From NCBI GenBank assembly GCA_036785375.1, contig JAWMAR010000081.1, positions 2,728,001 through 2,792,000 on the forward strand: a stretch of DNA of 64,000 nt. Direction: 5' to 3'. The DNA comes from Leucoraja ocellata (lineage: Eukaryota). Below, one piece after another: positions 38,872 to 51,406 of the stretch. The notes beneath the pieces are model-generated. The model made no database searches, was not told the DNA's origin, and was given only the letters and a program-made list of their open reading frames with translations. Position 1 is the first letter of the stretch; each line of letters starts with the position of its first letter. The position numbers were made by a program, and so were the translations under genes.

Positions 38872-39195
38872 AAACAAGAGACTGTATATGCTGAAATCTT
38901 GGGAAAGAAACAGCTGAAGGAATTCAAGGGGTCAGGAAGCAACCATTGAGGGAAATGGACAGAGAATGGTTTGGGTCGGGACCCTTCCTTGGACTGGGGT
39001 GAAGGGGAGATTGCTGCTAGAAAGAGGTGATGGGTTAGTGGTGATTGCCCTCTTCTCCACCAGTCTGAAGACAGGCCTCAATCTGAAATGCCATCTGTCC
39101 GTTTCCCTTCACAGATACTGTCTGACCCGCTGAGTTCAACCAACAGTTTGTGTTTAGCACATTGAGTTGGGCTAATAAACTGCAGCATCTAGAGA
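38872..39195. mobile_element. Inverted pair of old Penelope-derived terminal repeats
   Basis: Minus copy ending gggtcgggacccttccttggactg (~38996); plus copy starting cagtctgaagacagg (~39061). Confidence 0.55.
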
Positions 39196-39234
39196 AAATG
39201 CATATTGTCACATGAAGAATGTTAACTCCACAAA

Positions 39235-39885
39235 TAGAGCAATTTTGGGCGCCATATCGGAGAAAGGATGTACTGGCTCTAGAGAGGGTCCAGAGGAGGT
39301 TTACAAGAATGATCCCAGGAATGAATAGGTTAACATAAGAGGGCGGCACTGAGCCAATATTCGCTGGAGTTTAGAAAAATGAGGTGGGGACCTCCTTGAA
39401 ATGTACAGAGTAGTGAAAGGCTTGAATAGAGGGAATGCGGAGAGGATGTTTCCACAGTGGGAGAGTCTATGACGAGACGTCATAATCTCAGAATGAAAGG
39501 ACATTCTTTAAGGAAGGAGATGAGGAGAAATTTATTTAGTCAGAGTGGTGAATCCATGGAATCCTTTGCCACAGAAGGCTGTGGAGATTCAGATTCAATT
39601 TAATTTAATTTTAATTGTCATTGTCAGTGTACAGTACAGAGACAACGAAATGCATTTCGAAAGGCAAAGTCAATGGATATATTTAGCAAGTCAATGGATA
39701 TATTTAGGCAAAGTCAATGGATATATTTAAGGCAGAGCTAGATTGATTCTTGATTAGTACGGGTGTCAGAGGTTATGGGGAGTAGGCAGGAAAATGGGGT
39801 TTGGAGGGAGAGATAGATCAGCCATGATTGAATGGCAAAGTAGACTTGATGGGCCGAATGGCCTAATTCTACTCCTATCACATGA
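39235..39885 (+). mobile_element. CR1 LINE 3' fragment with a nested short insertion and a ~22-bp triplication
   Basis: aattttgggcgccatatcggagaaaggatg...CR1 3' UTR; gcaaagtcaatggatatatttag three times at 39664-39730. Confidence 0.85.
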
Positions 39886-40544
39886 TCCTGTGATCTGAAA
39901 TGAGGCTCAAAACCAGTTTGCTGAAGCTGCGTGGTAGCAGCATTCACTGGTTGTCCTTGCAGCAGACTTAAATGAACAGTCTTATTTTTCTGTTATCATA
40001 TAATAATATTCAATGGATTCAAATATAACAATTAGTGCAACATTTTATGTGCAATATAAAATGAAAAGTTATTTAATTGTTATTCAAAAATGTTATGTGA
40101 TATTAGACTCTCCATTAGATAATATTCAAAGACAATATTCATTCAATAAGCTTCACAACATTTCAGCAGCAGGTTGACACGTTATTTCATCAGGAATATT
40201 CAAATTATAGCATTGGAGGAGGCCTTTTGACTATTGCAGTTCATTGTGAGATGCACACAATTATTCCTTGACTGTTCCTTTTATCTTTCATGTATTTATC
40301 CAAATTACTACTGGAAGGTACCTTTAAAACGGCATTCAACAAACCTTCCAACATTGTGTTTTAAGTTGTAAAGCTGCCTACAATAAACCAATCTGATTCA
40401 TATGGAAATTATATTCTTTGATTATTAATTCCTATCAGTGAATCCTTTCATTTAAAAAATGTCCACATGCCACCTCTATTATTTATTTCCTGCAAACACA
40501 CTGACACATTAATTGTATTCATCCAAGGGATGTGGAATTTACAG

Positions 40545-41015
40545 GCTGAATTGATTGTCCATTGCTCTTGAGAAGATGGGAGTCAGATGCCTTCTTGAAC
40601 CACTACAGACCTTGAGCTGTAGGTATATCCACACAGGAAGAGAGGAAGTGCCAGGATTTTGCCCATCAAATTTGAAGCAATGGTGATATATATCGACGTC
40701 AAGATGATGTGTGGCTGGGAGGGCAACTTCGAGGTGGTGATCTCCCCATGTTTTCCTGCCTTAGTCATTCTAGCTGGAAGTGATTGTGGGTTTGGAAGCT
40801 GCTGTCTATGGAATTGTGGCGAGTTGCTGCACACATCCTGTCGACAGTATAAACTCCTGCTACAACGCATTAGTGGTGAAGTCAGTGATGGGTTTGGATT
40901 AGGCTCCCTATCAGGTGGGCTACTATGTCCTGTATAATAGCCTGCTTGTTTCTTGAATGCGGTTGAAGCTGCACTCATCCAGGCAAGTGGAGAGTATTCC
41001 ATCACGCTCCTGATC
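40545..41015 (-). mobile_element. Old LINE 3' fragment (CR1/L2 group)
   Basis: ORF 40583-41005 begins MEYSPLAWMSAASTAFKK, an RT C-terminal motif. Confidence 0.75.
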
Positions 41016-41320
41016 TATTCCCCATTACCTCATTATCCTTCTCAATTGCAGAGCACAAATTTCATGAAAGAAGCACATTGATTAAATAATCCAGCAGGTA
41101 CATGGAAATCCATTAATTCCACAAGGAGTGCATTGGACAGCTTATTTCCTATAATCGGTGCCAAGGCTTTGCATTAGTTGAATGCAAAACAGTGAAGCAA
41201 CAAATGCCCCCTATGCATAATCATTAAGATATAGGCTTCACACAAGTGACCTGAACACATAATTGTCATAGTACAGCATTCTGGAGCTCACACCCAAGAC
41301 ACAAGTAATGTCAAAAGTAC

Positions 41321-41464
41321 CTGTGACTTCACTAAATCTTATTTTAGCTGGTTCAGATTTTATGGCTGGATTCAACACATGTGGAGGAGAGTCAGACACT
41401 GGCTGCTTATGACCTGGCAATAAGGTGACCACATTAGGAGTTTGAGAAGATGATACTGTATGGT
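41321..41464 (-). CDS. Repeat exon, 144 nt: DHTVSSSQTPNVVTLLPGHKQPVSDSPPHVLNPAIKSEPAKIRFSEVT
   Basis: ttttatttcctcag|AC ... ACA G|gtactt. Confidence 0.85.
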
Positions 41465-42066
41465 CTGAGGAAATAAAAAGGTAGCAGGATTTTTAAAAAA
41501 CATCTCCCATGTAAACCTCCCCAAGGTACCACGGAATTCCAACACAAACACAAATTGACAATATACTTTTCATAAAACAATCCATACATATTAACAAATT
41601 AATTATTTACAGAAAATGTTGCATTTGAGTGAGATGACAACAGACAGTCCATGCATAACATTGCTTCCACAACCCAAAAGCCAATGATAATCTAAAAAGC
41701 TTTGGTGTAAAGTAGATTTAATAAACTGAATGACAAATTATAGCCAAGCGCAATCTATAAACTAGATGAGGAAGGGACATTGACAAGTAATGCATCAGAA
41801 AAAAAGCAAAGGTGGTTCAAGTCTTTGTGAATTGCAGTGGATTGTTCATTCCATATAAATTGTGCAACTGGAATGAATGGATTCCATGCAAGACAGTGAC
41901 TTAACATATACATCTCACACGCAGACTGACTGAACACTAAACTAGAAAGGAGTGGCATGGCAACTGCAGCGTGTGTCTCCACTTTCAGACACTTAAGCAC
42001 AAATTTCAACATGCAACTATGATTTACCTCACTCCCAAGTTCAGACACAAATATTGTCAGAAGTAC

Positions 42067-42204
42067 CTGTAACTTCAGTAACTCGTATTTTAGTTGGTAC
42101 AGATTCAGGGATCGAAGTGAACACAGGAGTGTCAATGATTTGTGATTTAGTCCCTGAACTTGTTCTGAACATGTTAGGAGTGTCAGCGGTTGGCTCCATG
42201 TAGC
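42067..42204 (-). CDS. Repeat exon, 138 nt: GYMEPTADTPNMFRTSSGTKSQIIDTPVFTSIPESVPTKIRVTEVT
   Basis: ttcttattccccag|GC ... ACA G|gtactt. Confidence 0.85.
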
Positions 42205-42892
42205 CTGGGGAATAAGAAAGAAGCCAGACACAAAAATTCTTAACCTCTCATTAAAATAAATCATTTATTATTTTGCTGATATTGTTTGATTCGTCGATGC
42301 CATTAGAATATAAAATAAACCAAAAGGTAATTTGTTCATTATAAAAACATACATATTCAATTGCAACCATTTATTATGAAAAGCATTTTTCTTTTCTTTT
42401 GCTGCTAAACAATGTATAACACAATGACTAATGAATTGCATGTATATCATAATGCATCAAATATGAGTGATTTAACAACAAATAATCCATGCAATAGTGT
42501 TTCACTACATCAAAGCTAATTATCATTCAATAAATCTCACAACAATAAAGTCATAATCCGTTCACAAACACTGAACAGACAGACAAACTCCAAAGTCAAT
42601 AAGTAAGCACATTGACAAACTAAACCAACAAAGATAGGCAAGATGGGTAAATACAGATATGCAGTGGATTGCTCCCTTAATATATGGTATGAATTGACAC
42701 TGAATGAATTGCAACAAAGATTCACACAAACTAACAAATGCACCATAAGCACAGCATTTAAATGAAAATTTCTGACAAAGGTCTACAAATTTAATCACTT
42801 TGGATTTGACGTTGTAAACGGCTGATGAGTAACAAAATCAGTACACAAGGAGGCACAAACAGTCTTGTGTGGCTGCGAGGCCCATGAACTGT

Positions 42893-43212
42893 TATAGAAC
42901 ATAGAACAGTGAAGCACAAGAACAGGCCCTTCAGCCAAACATGATGCTAGACAATCTCTTATCTACCTACACATAATACATAACCCTCCATTTCTTGCAT
43001 ATCCATATGCTGATTCAAAGGTCTCTTAAATGCCACTATCATATTTGTCTCAAGCACCACCCCCCCGACTTCGTATTCCAGGCATTCACCACCCTTTACG
43101 TAAACCTGCCCCGCACATCTCCTTTAAACTTTGCCCCTCTCACCTGAAAGGCTAGGTCCTCTAGTATTTGATTTTTCCATCCTACCTATGCCATTCATAA
43201 TTTTAAGCTGCA
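42893..43212 (-). mobile_element. CR1 LINE 3' end
   Basis: (atagaac)2 tail followed by gcacaagaacaggcccttcagcc. Confidence 0.75.
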
Positions 43213-44078
43213 TCATGACCTCCGGACTCTTACACTCAATGCCCCGACATACGACAGCAATCCTCTTGATGCTTGAGTAAAAGCAAAAAGAGGGGTGTGG
43301 CAGTGTGGATGTTGGCTGTTTCGAGAAGTCGATGGTTGACTGGGGTCTGGGAGAAGTGTCTCAAGGGATAGAAAATGGACAGGCAGAGACAGGAATATAG
43401 AAATTGAGCAGGGAGAGGGACAGGGGGTTGCTGCAGGGATGTGTCCAGAACTAATTGAGTTGTAGAGAGTGTAGGAATCTGATTGGGATACATGGATAGA
43501 ATGGTATTTGAACACCCCTTCATGGTCTTGGAAGTGCATGATTGAGAGTCCAATTAAGTCATGGCTGTGTTGGTATTCAGTGGTGAGGTGAAGTGGCTAT
43601 GAAGCAATGGTGTGACGTTACTAAAGGTCATCATTTGGTTGAGGAGTAGGGGCTGGGGGTCTGTTGGTTGAGTGAGATGGGTGGGTTGGCAGAGCATGAT
43701 GAGAGCTAGTACTAACTAAATTAATGTGCCCCTGCTCAAATTGGGCTCCTAGTGTTGGGAGGGTCCAATTTAAGAGAGCCTTCTTTAAATCAAGCTACTA
43801 AAGAAATAGCAGAATTGTAAAAACCTGGTTGTTCCTAGTGTGCCCAAGGTTAGCTCGTGCCGGTCAAAGCTTTAAAGGGGCATCGCACCAGAATGATAAT
43901 GGAAACAGCATCAAATCACTAGTGGAAATGACTGGTCATATTTGTCCCTGAAATGGTCACAAGTGTGTTGCACTCAAGACACAATCAATTTTCATGCAAC
44001 CGAATTTCTAAGCTGAAGTTTAAACTTTTAATTTAGCACAAATACGAACAATCAACATGCAAACATGGTCGATAATAC

Positions 44079-44168
44079 TTGTAACATCAGCATCTCTTGT
44101 TATAGCTTTTTCAGATTTGGGGTTTGGATTGAATACATATGCAGAGTCAAAGACCAAGAGGTTATAGC
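44079..44168 (-). pseudogene. Half-exon, 90 nt (GYNLLVFDSAYVFNPNPKSEKAITRDADVT); dead copy or spliced at an internal AG
   Basis: Open frame, donor ACA A|gtatta, but no pyrimidine tract upstream; equals the second module of the long exon. Confidence 0.5.
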
Positions 44169-44669
44169 CTGACCATAATGGTTTCATTCAACCATTGAGC
44201 CATTGATAGCAATATATGTCTGTTTTTAGAATGCAAAAGTATGTAGAGTAAAACACCCTTTATCATTAGAGTAAATTTAAGTGGATGCGATGGAATACCA
44301 AAATTATGTAGTTAATTATTTTCATACATGACTAAAGAATTCATTACTTAATTTTCAGCCAAATAAATGGATTATTCTGAAGATTTCTGATGAAAGTGCT
44401 AATAAGCAGACAGCCCATGCAGCAACACAATATAAATACCAATTATTATTCAACAATTAGAACAAATTAAGTATCAAATTGAAAGTTTACAGTCAAGCAC
44501 ACTCTTTAAACTTCAAGAAAAACACTGGTCAAATAATCTAACAGAAAAAAGTACCACATTTAAAATTCCTACATTAACTGTGCAAGGTGTGACTGAGTGG
44601 GGTATAGCATTTACAACATATGTCTTTGTTATTTTACACAATTCTCAACAGGCAAAATACCTCAAATAC

Positions 44670-44807
44670 CTACAACATCAATAACTGGACTGTTGGCTCG
44701 TTCTGATGCAGAAATTCTATTGAATAAATTAGGTGGCTTGGTGGGTTTTAGTTTACAGCTAGAGAGTGATTTGAAGAAATTAGTATTAGATGGTGGCATT
44801 GTATGTA
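44670..44807 (-). pseudogene. Probable dead repeat exon (frame open, acceptor AG changed to AA)
   Basis: ttatcccttcaa at the acceptor position; donor GTA G|gtattt retained; flank homologous. Confidence 0.5.
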
Positions 44808-45451
44808 TTGAAGGGATAAGAAAAAAAGCAGAGACAAAATTCTTAATTTCTCATTAAAATAGTCACTTGCTTTGATGAATATATTTCTTTACCGTTATGA
44901 TTAGTTGATTACATCACATCATTCTTTACCAATGTACCACCAATTTGGTCCCATCCATAAACTTACTAAAAATGCAACTATATTCTCATCCCAATTGTTA
45001 ATGTAGGTAACAAATAACAATGGACCCAGTACCAACCTTACAGACCTTCAACCTGAAAAACAACCCTCCACCTATCACCCTCTGACATGTACCACCACCA
45101 ATTATTCAACACATTTCTTTTATATCATTACAATGCCATACCTTGCAGAATAAATCTCATTTATTCGTCATACCATTGACTAGCTTTCTATTCTTTCATA
45201 ATTCTGTGTTCAATGAGTCAGATTACAAAGAATGCAATGCCTATTTCCAGGGAATAGGCAATGTACTGTTCCTTTTTTAAAATTATGTCAATATATTTAA
45301 CTTGTTGCATGCAAGATTCATACAGGCTATCAAGCGTGTCTCACAAAAGTAACAAACATTCATTAAATGTGAATAGAAGATAGAGCTATTGCAACAGGTT
45401 TCCTAATTTCCTCACAATTCAACAACAAGACAGAAACATTGTCAGAAGTAC

Positions 45452-45568
45452 CTGTAACTTCAGGACGTTCAGATTGTGTGATTGGATTGACCATGCCAGG
45501 GTTTGGCAACTTAGAGCCTGATATTACAGTAATTGTTTTAGGAGTGTGAAAGGTTGACATGGCATGGT
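45452..45568 (-). CDS. Repeat exon, 117 nt: DHAMSTFHTPKTITVISGSKLPNPGMVNPITQSERPEVT
   Basis: cttattcccctcag|AC ... ACA G|gtactt. Confidence 0.85.
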
Positions 45569-46160
45569 CTGAGGGGAATAAGAAGGAATTATGACACAAT
45601 GTTGTAATTCCCCATTGAGATAACACACCCATGCATTCAAGAATTCAATTGTATGTATATACATTATTAGAATAAAGTATTATTGCAGAAAAAATCCTCC
45701 TTTTTGATACAATAACAATAAATATCTCCCATTGCAAACATAAATTGCTGAATGCATGTTCAAGTAATACAGAGTAATCCATAATATAATGAGTGATATA
45801 TTAATTTAATATAATTCCAGATGTTTTAGTTAACTGTTATAAAAGATATTCCATGCAACATTATGCAATCACTTGTAAAGATTGATTAAACATGACAGCT
45901 AAGCACAATCTATAAATATGAAGGATGCACATTGCACAATAATTGTGCAAGGATGCACAATAATTAAACAGAATTTTAACACTTAAGCTCCATTTAACTT
46001 GGCAAATCGACACCAAGATTCATCAAATACATTTCATGCCCAAGGCAACCAATATTTGTGTTACTTTTGGACAAAACTCAACATGCAAGTATTATTTATT
46101 TCATCATGAAGTTGCGATCAAAATTGAAATATTGTCAAAGCACACGTGACCTCTATAAAT

Positions 46161-46254
46161 CTGAAGAAGGGTCTCGACCCGAAACGTTGCCTATTTCCTT
46201 CGCTCCATAGATGCTGCCTCACCCGCTGAGTTTCTCCAGCATTTTTGTCTACCT
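46161..46254 (+). mobile_element. 94-bp Penelope-derived insertion with a hammerhead-like core, inside a dead repeat exon (~46145-46370)
   Basis: 9-bp TSD TCTATAAAT (46152-46160, 46255-46263); CTGAAGA-a-GGGT-ctcg-ACCC-GAAA-CGTT. Confidence 0.8.
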
Positions 46255-46665
46255 TCTATAAATTGAAAGGTAGTTGGCTCAGGTGCTGGAACTTCTTTGC
46301 CATATTGGGAGTGTCAGTGGTTTGTTGTATAGAACATGAGATTAATAGGAGTATCAATGATTGGTTTCTTAAGGAATAAGAAAGAAGCCAGATACTAAAT
46401 TCTTAACCTTTCATTAAAATACAACAAACTAGCAGTTCACATAGCATAATTGATGCTATCTAACAATATAGCCATAATTGGTAAACAGAGCCAGGCACAC
46501 ATTGAGCTCTATCAAAAAAGAGCATTGACCAACTAACCCCATCAAGGATAAGCAAAATCTTATATCTCAGAAGATATGCAGTGAATTGTTCATTTCATAG
46601 AATTGTGCCTTTACATAATTAAAACACACAATATTTTCAACTGAGACAAACATTCTCACAAGTAC

Positions 46666-46806
46666 CTGTAGGTTCGATATCACTTATCGTAACAGATTCT
46701 GGTTCTGGAATTGGATAGATCACATTAGGGGTGTCAGTAACTGGAATTTCATGGTCTGCCATTAAAGTGGACACATTATTTATGCCATACATTGGCACCT
46801 CATAGT
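46666..46806 (-). CDS. Repeat exon, 141 nt: DYEVPMYGINNVSTLMADHEIPVTDTPNVIYPIPEPESVTISDIEPT
   Basis: cttatccactcag|AC ... ACA G|gtactt. Confidence 0.85.
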
Positions 46807-47699
46807 CTGAGTGGATAAGAAGGAAATAATAGAACATTCTTAATCTCACTTAAAGTTAACACACAAGTTCTCCCAATGACTATTGAAAATCAATGTAGCA
46901 AATGTAGTAAAATTGCCTTATTCTTGAGTTTTGATTAAATAGAATGAAATGTGTGTAACTAATAGTTTTCATCTAAAAAATTATACAAAAGATAATGTTA
47001 ATAATAACATTGTTAAAAAAGTGAAAGAAATTAACGTAAATGTTTAATCAAATCTAATGAAATTTAATAACAAATAATGATAAAACCCATTCCCCTTATT
47101 GGCAACTTTTCACTAGATATTGGCCCTATGATCTTTACATAATGCATGCCCTAGCCTAGCCTAGCCCAACTGCTGTAATCTAGCCAGTAGGAGGATGAAA
47201 CCTATCGGATGGTCATGGCAGACAGCTCCAAGCAGCTATAGACTTCGATGGCTCTGTTGGTAAGTTCACTACATCAATGACTGTCATCAATGTGGGATAA
47301 CGGGCTGCAGGGTACTGGTAATGGAACTGTTAGAGATCTGCAAAGGGTGGAAAGATGCTAGATCCCTAAGATAGTACTTTCTAACTTCTTCACAATATCA
47401 CTGATCCAATGTCACTGTGCTGAATGGTTTTCTTTAATGTCGTTAAAAATATGAGGTATCAAATGTCCATCCAGGGATATAGCAGGGCACAGAACCTCAG
47501 AGACACGTCTAGCTTGATCGTCTGCAAGAATGGAGACAACAATCATAGTAAATAGAGTGTCTCCCTGTTATATACTAAAGAGAAAATCACGGGTCCTCCC
47601 AGGTAGAGTGTAAAGATACTACCAACATCTGTATTAGGCCTTTTTATACTCACAAGGGCATATGATTGAAGATTATGGAGAATCCTTCACAAATCTAGC

Positions 47700-48810
47700 T
47701 GTCCTACGAAATTCAACACTATTCAAAGCATGTGAAACAAAGAGATGCATGTTGTGATGGTAACCAACGGGTCCATCTCAAGCACAATCTATGTACTCCA
47801 GGGACAAACAAGCTGTGCTATCCAGTGCCCTCTCTGTATTCTTCACTTCAATACCAATAGACTTTGAACAGCAATGTGTTTAATTTATAGAAGATCCAAC
47901 CTTCATTGTCTTCACTACTAGCAGATTCTCCCTCATCTTCCTTCATCAATTTAATTTGCTAACAGAACTTACGAAAGTGGCTACTGAAATCTACAAGTTA
48001 CTGTTGGCTCTTTTACAGGAGCAAATACAAGGATGGAACATGCACTAAACATCGGTAAGGCCCTTTACATATCTACCTCACTAAGAACCATGGTTTATAG
48101 ATGGAGCTTGGAAAGCATGGACCACTTCCACATCTTAGCAGCCATATCACATCAAAAGCAGAAATAATTGATGAAAGATACCACAGCTTCCTGTACAGCC
48201 GGAAAATTATCTTTGATGACCAATATCTCAAACCAGTATCAAGCTCATGGTTAACTGAGCAGCAGCAATTCTCAACTTCCTATAATGTTCAAGAATTATG
48301 GATAGCCATCAGTAGGTTCCTCAATGCACTGAATACCACCACTGCTGCATCCACAACACTCCAATTGGCAGGTAAGAAATACTATGCCAACATTCTCTCC
48401 TGGGCAAATGTCACACTCAAACAACCACCTAGATGATCAAAATCCACATGCCAAACAAAAGATTCTTGAAATAAGCATCACTAGGAACTAGTTGGGGGAA
48501 AAAGTTTTCTGAGGGGATGGACAAAGTTATTCCAAGAACTTCTAAAAAATCTATAGGAAATATTGTGACATCCTCACCAACCCATGGGAATCCTTGGTCC
48601 ATGATGAGAGGACATGAAGGTCATTCATAAACAGCATAAGGAATGCACAAAATTCCACACTACAATGTCACCTGGCCCATAAGGTTCCACCTGACTCAGC
48701 TGACATAGTCTGTGACTTACGCCAAAGAATTTTCAGCCACCTCAAAATCCAAAGAACTGAAGTAGAAGCATATCACCATGGATCGTGAGGAACTGCCCAA
48801 GAAGGAATTG
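47700..48810 (+). mobile_element. Highly decayed RTE-clade LINE fragment
   Basis: ORF 48101-48436 has PHLSSHITSKAEIIDE...RKIIFDDQYLKP, resembling the RTE RT thumb region. Confidence 0.55.
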
Positions 48811-48819
48811 AAGTCAGTT

Positions 48820-48966
48820 TCACAGAGTCATAGAGTCATAAAGTGATACATTGTGAGAAACAAGCCATTCGGTCCAACTTGCCCATACCGGCCAACATGT
48901 CCCAGCTATGCCAGTCCCACCTGCCAGCATTTGGTCCACATCCCTCCAAACCTGTCCTATCCATGT
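48820..48966 (-). mobile_element. CR1 3'-end fragment or SINE
   Basis: (agagtcat)n tail followed by ccattcggtccaacttgcccataccggcc. Confidence 0.7.
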
Positions 48967-49589
48967 TTCTGGGTAAGAGCAAGTAGAATGCTGCTTGGAG
49001 AACTGTGAGATCAGGGAAAATGATCTCTGAGCTGTATCGATACCGATATTTGCCTAACTCGACTTCATTGGAAAATAGAACTGTTTTGGAATTGATCTCA
49101 TTCTCGGATTTCAAAATTGGAACAATTCCCAAGTTAGAACTACTCTATTTAGTCATGTCATAAAATCATGAACTATGCCTAGTCATTATGGTAATTAATT
49201 AAATATTACTTAAAATAACCAGTACAAAAGCAATAGGAAAACAAATGGAAAACCAAACAATGTCAAATATTTTTCATTCAAGCCATAACTGGCTGTTAGA
49301 CATTTTAGACCCAAGCACAATCACCAAGCTTCATGAAGTGAATTGTTTGACCACAGAATTCAACACACATCATTTAAGTGCTGAAATATGATGAATGATG
49401 CAGCAAATTGCTATTTTCCCCCAAAATTATTTTGTGTAGTGACAAATGACAATCATGCAAGACGGTGAAGTGCCAACAAATATAAATTATGCAAAGTACA
49501 ATGAACATTAAATGAACACTAAGAAGGTGCAGCATAGCATCTATGTGGCATACTATTTGATACCATGCAAACCTGAACATATCCTGTTG

Positions 49590-49700
49590 ATTATTTAGTA
49601 CATTCCTGACTATATGCCAGGAATGGAACTCCCATATTATTTCCAAATATAGTGATTGAACTGAACACATTAGGAATGCCATAATTTGGCCCCTCATAGT
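49590..49700 (-). pseudogene. Dead copy of the repeat exon (DYEGPNYGIPNVFSS... then a stop)
   Basis: 5' part homologous to the exon at 46666; in-frame TAA; no homologous donor. Confidence 0.55.
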
Positions 49701-51289
49701 CTGCAGCTGACGATAAGAAAGCCAAATAAAAAGTCTTAAATTCTCAGTAAAATAAATGTTCCACTGGGCATCATTATAACGTAACCAGATTGTATTGTTG
49801 GTCTTATCCTTTCACCATAAAACATTCAATATACAGTATACAGGATGTTTGTGTTACATTTTTCTTGTGGCTGTGTGTTCTTTATTATTGTCCTGCTGCT
49901 GACAACCCAAATTCCACCGACCCTGGTTGTGTGGCAATAAATTCTATCTATCTAAATTCTATCTATCTATTCAGATGTGCACCATGTGGCCTCTTACAAT
50001 ATTAAATTATAGATAATATTTCACTCATTAATTCAAATTCTTCAAAATAATTCATGCTGGCAACAATTTTTTCACTACAGAAAAACTAATTTCGACCCAA
50101 TAAACTTCACAATGTAACCTCGATGAAATGACAACTAATTTACAGCTGAACGGCAATTAATGAATTGTTGACCAAATATTCCAACAAAACTAAGCACATT
50201 TGCTTGCGGTGGTGGATTGCTCCATCATTTAAAATTTCCACTAAAATGTTAGCAGTTATGAGTGGAACTGCAGAACCAGGAAATTCAGAACTACTGTACA
50301 TGCTTGCATGCATGTAGAAATCCAGATCATAGAGTCACAGTGTTATCGAGAGATACAGAACTAAATGTATCCTTCTGCTCATTAAGTCTTTGCCAACTAT
50401 CCACTACTCATTTACACTATTTTACCTTGATCCCATTTATTATTTTCCCCTCATGCCTATCAAGTCACCCCTGATTTTAATGCTCTGCTACACGCGGCCA
50501 ATAAATCTACCAACCAGCACATCTATGGGATATTGTAGGAAATCAGAACACCACAAGCTTATTTGTGCATAATTCTGAGTTCAGGTTAAAAGGACATCGA
50601 CCTTAAAACATTAATTCCACTTCTCCTTCCAAAGACACTAAACTGCCTACTAAGTGTACAGCTAAAATCTATTTTCGTTACTGTAAGCTAAAAATACTAA
50701 AGCTGTTTGTTACTTTGTTTAAAAGAGTTAAGTGTTGATCACAGCAATTGCTTGTCAATTTCAACAACCTCTGCAGTGTAACTGTGGGGACGCTCCACCT
50801 GCTCGAACCAAATTCCGTTATAAATGCTTCCGCAACCTATCCTCTCTAGAGGGTAGACTTTGTATCACTTTGAAAGTTTCTTATGTTTTAAATGGTTTAT
50901 TATTTTACATTTTAAAATTGTGAATATTTAATTTTAAATTATTTTTTTAAGCTTTTTTGCAAACACATGACTACATTAGAGCATGGCTTCCATGAATGCA
51001 GTTCAGGACCTTGTCCATCTTCTCAGAGCCAATGTCTTAGTGGAAGTGAGAGGCCTTCACAGATTAAGACTAGATTGAGTGCATTGGTGACCAAGCAAAA
51101 GCAACCTCATGGAAACCGTGACATTGAATGATTTCATGCAAAACATGTAAAAGCTACTTTGCAAAAGGTATGGTATTGTGTGTACAGCACATGACCATGT
51201 TTTTGACAACTCAGCAAAGGTGTTAACACACACGTATATGTACTCATTCCTCAGCCTTACATACAAAGCACACATATTGTCCGAAGTAC

Positions 51290-51406
51290 CTGTTGGTTCA
51301 GTATCTGTGGTCTGTGTGATTGGATTGAACACATGTGAAGAGTCGGAGGCCACCAACTCATTGTCTGACTTTAAAGTGAACACTTCAGAAGTGTCAAAGG
51401 CTGGCA
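51290..51406 (-). CDS. Repeat exon, 117 nt: VPAFDTSEVFTLKSDNELVASDSSHVFNPITQTTDTEPT
   Basis: cttttcctcttag|TG ... ACA G|gtactt. Confidence 0.85.

Noticed and set aside
41755-42264. 169-aa minus-strand ORF as a gene
   Set aside because: It crosses the exon at 42067-42204 in a different frame and continues through repeat-unit intron sequence; likely a chance ORF
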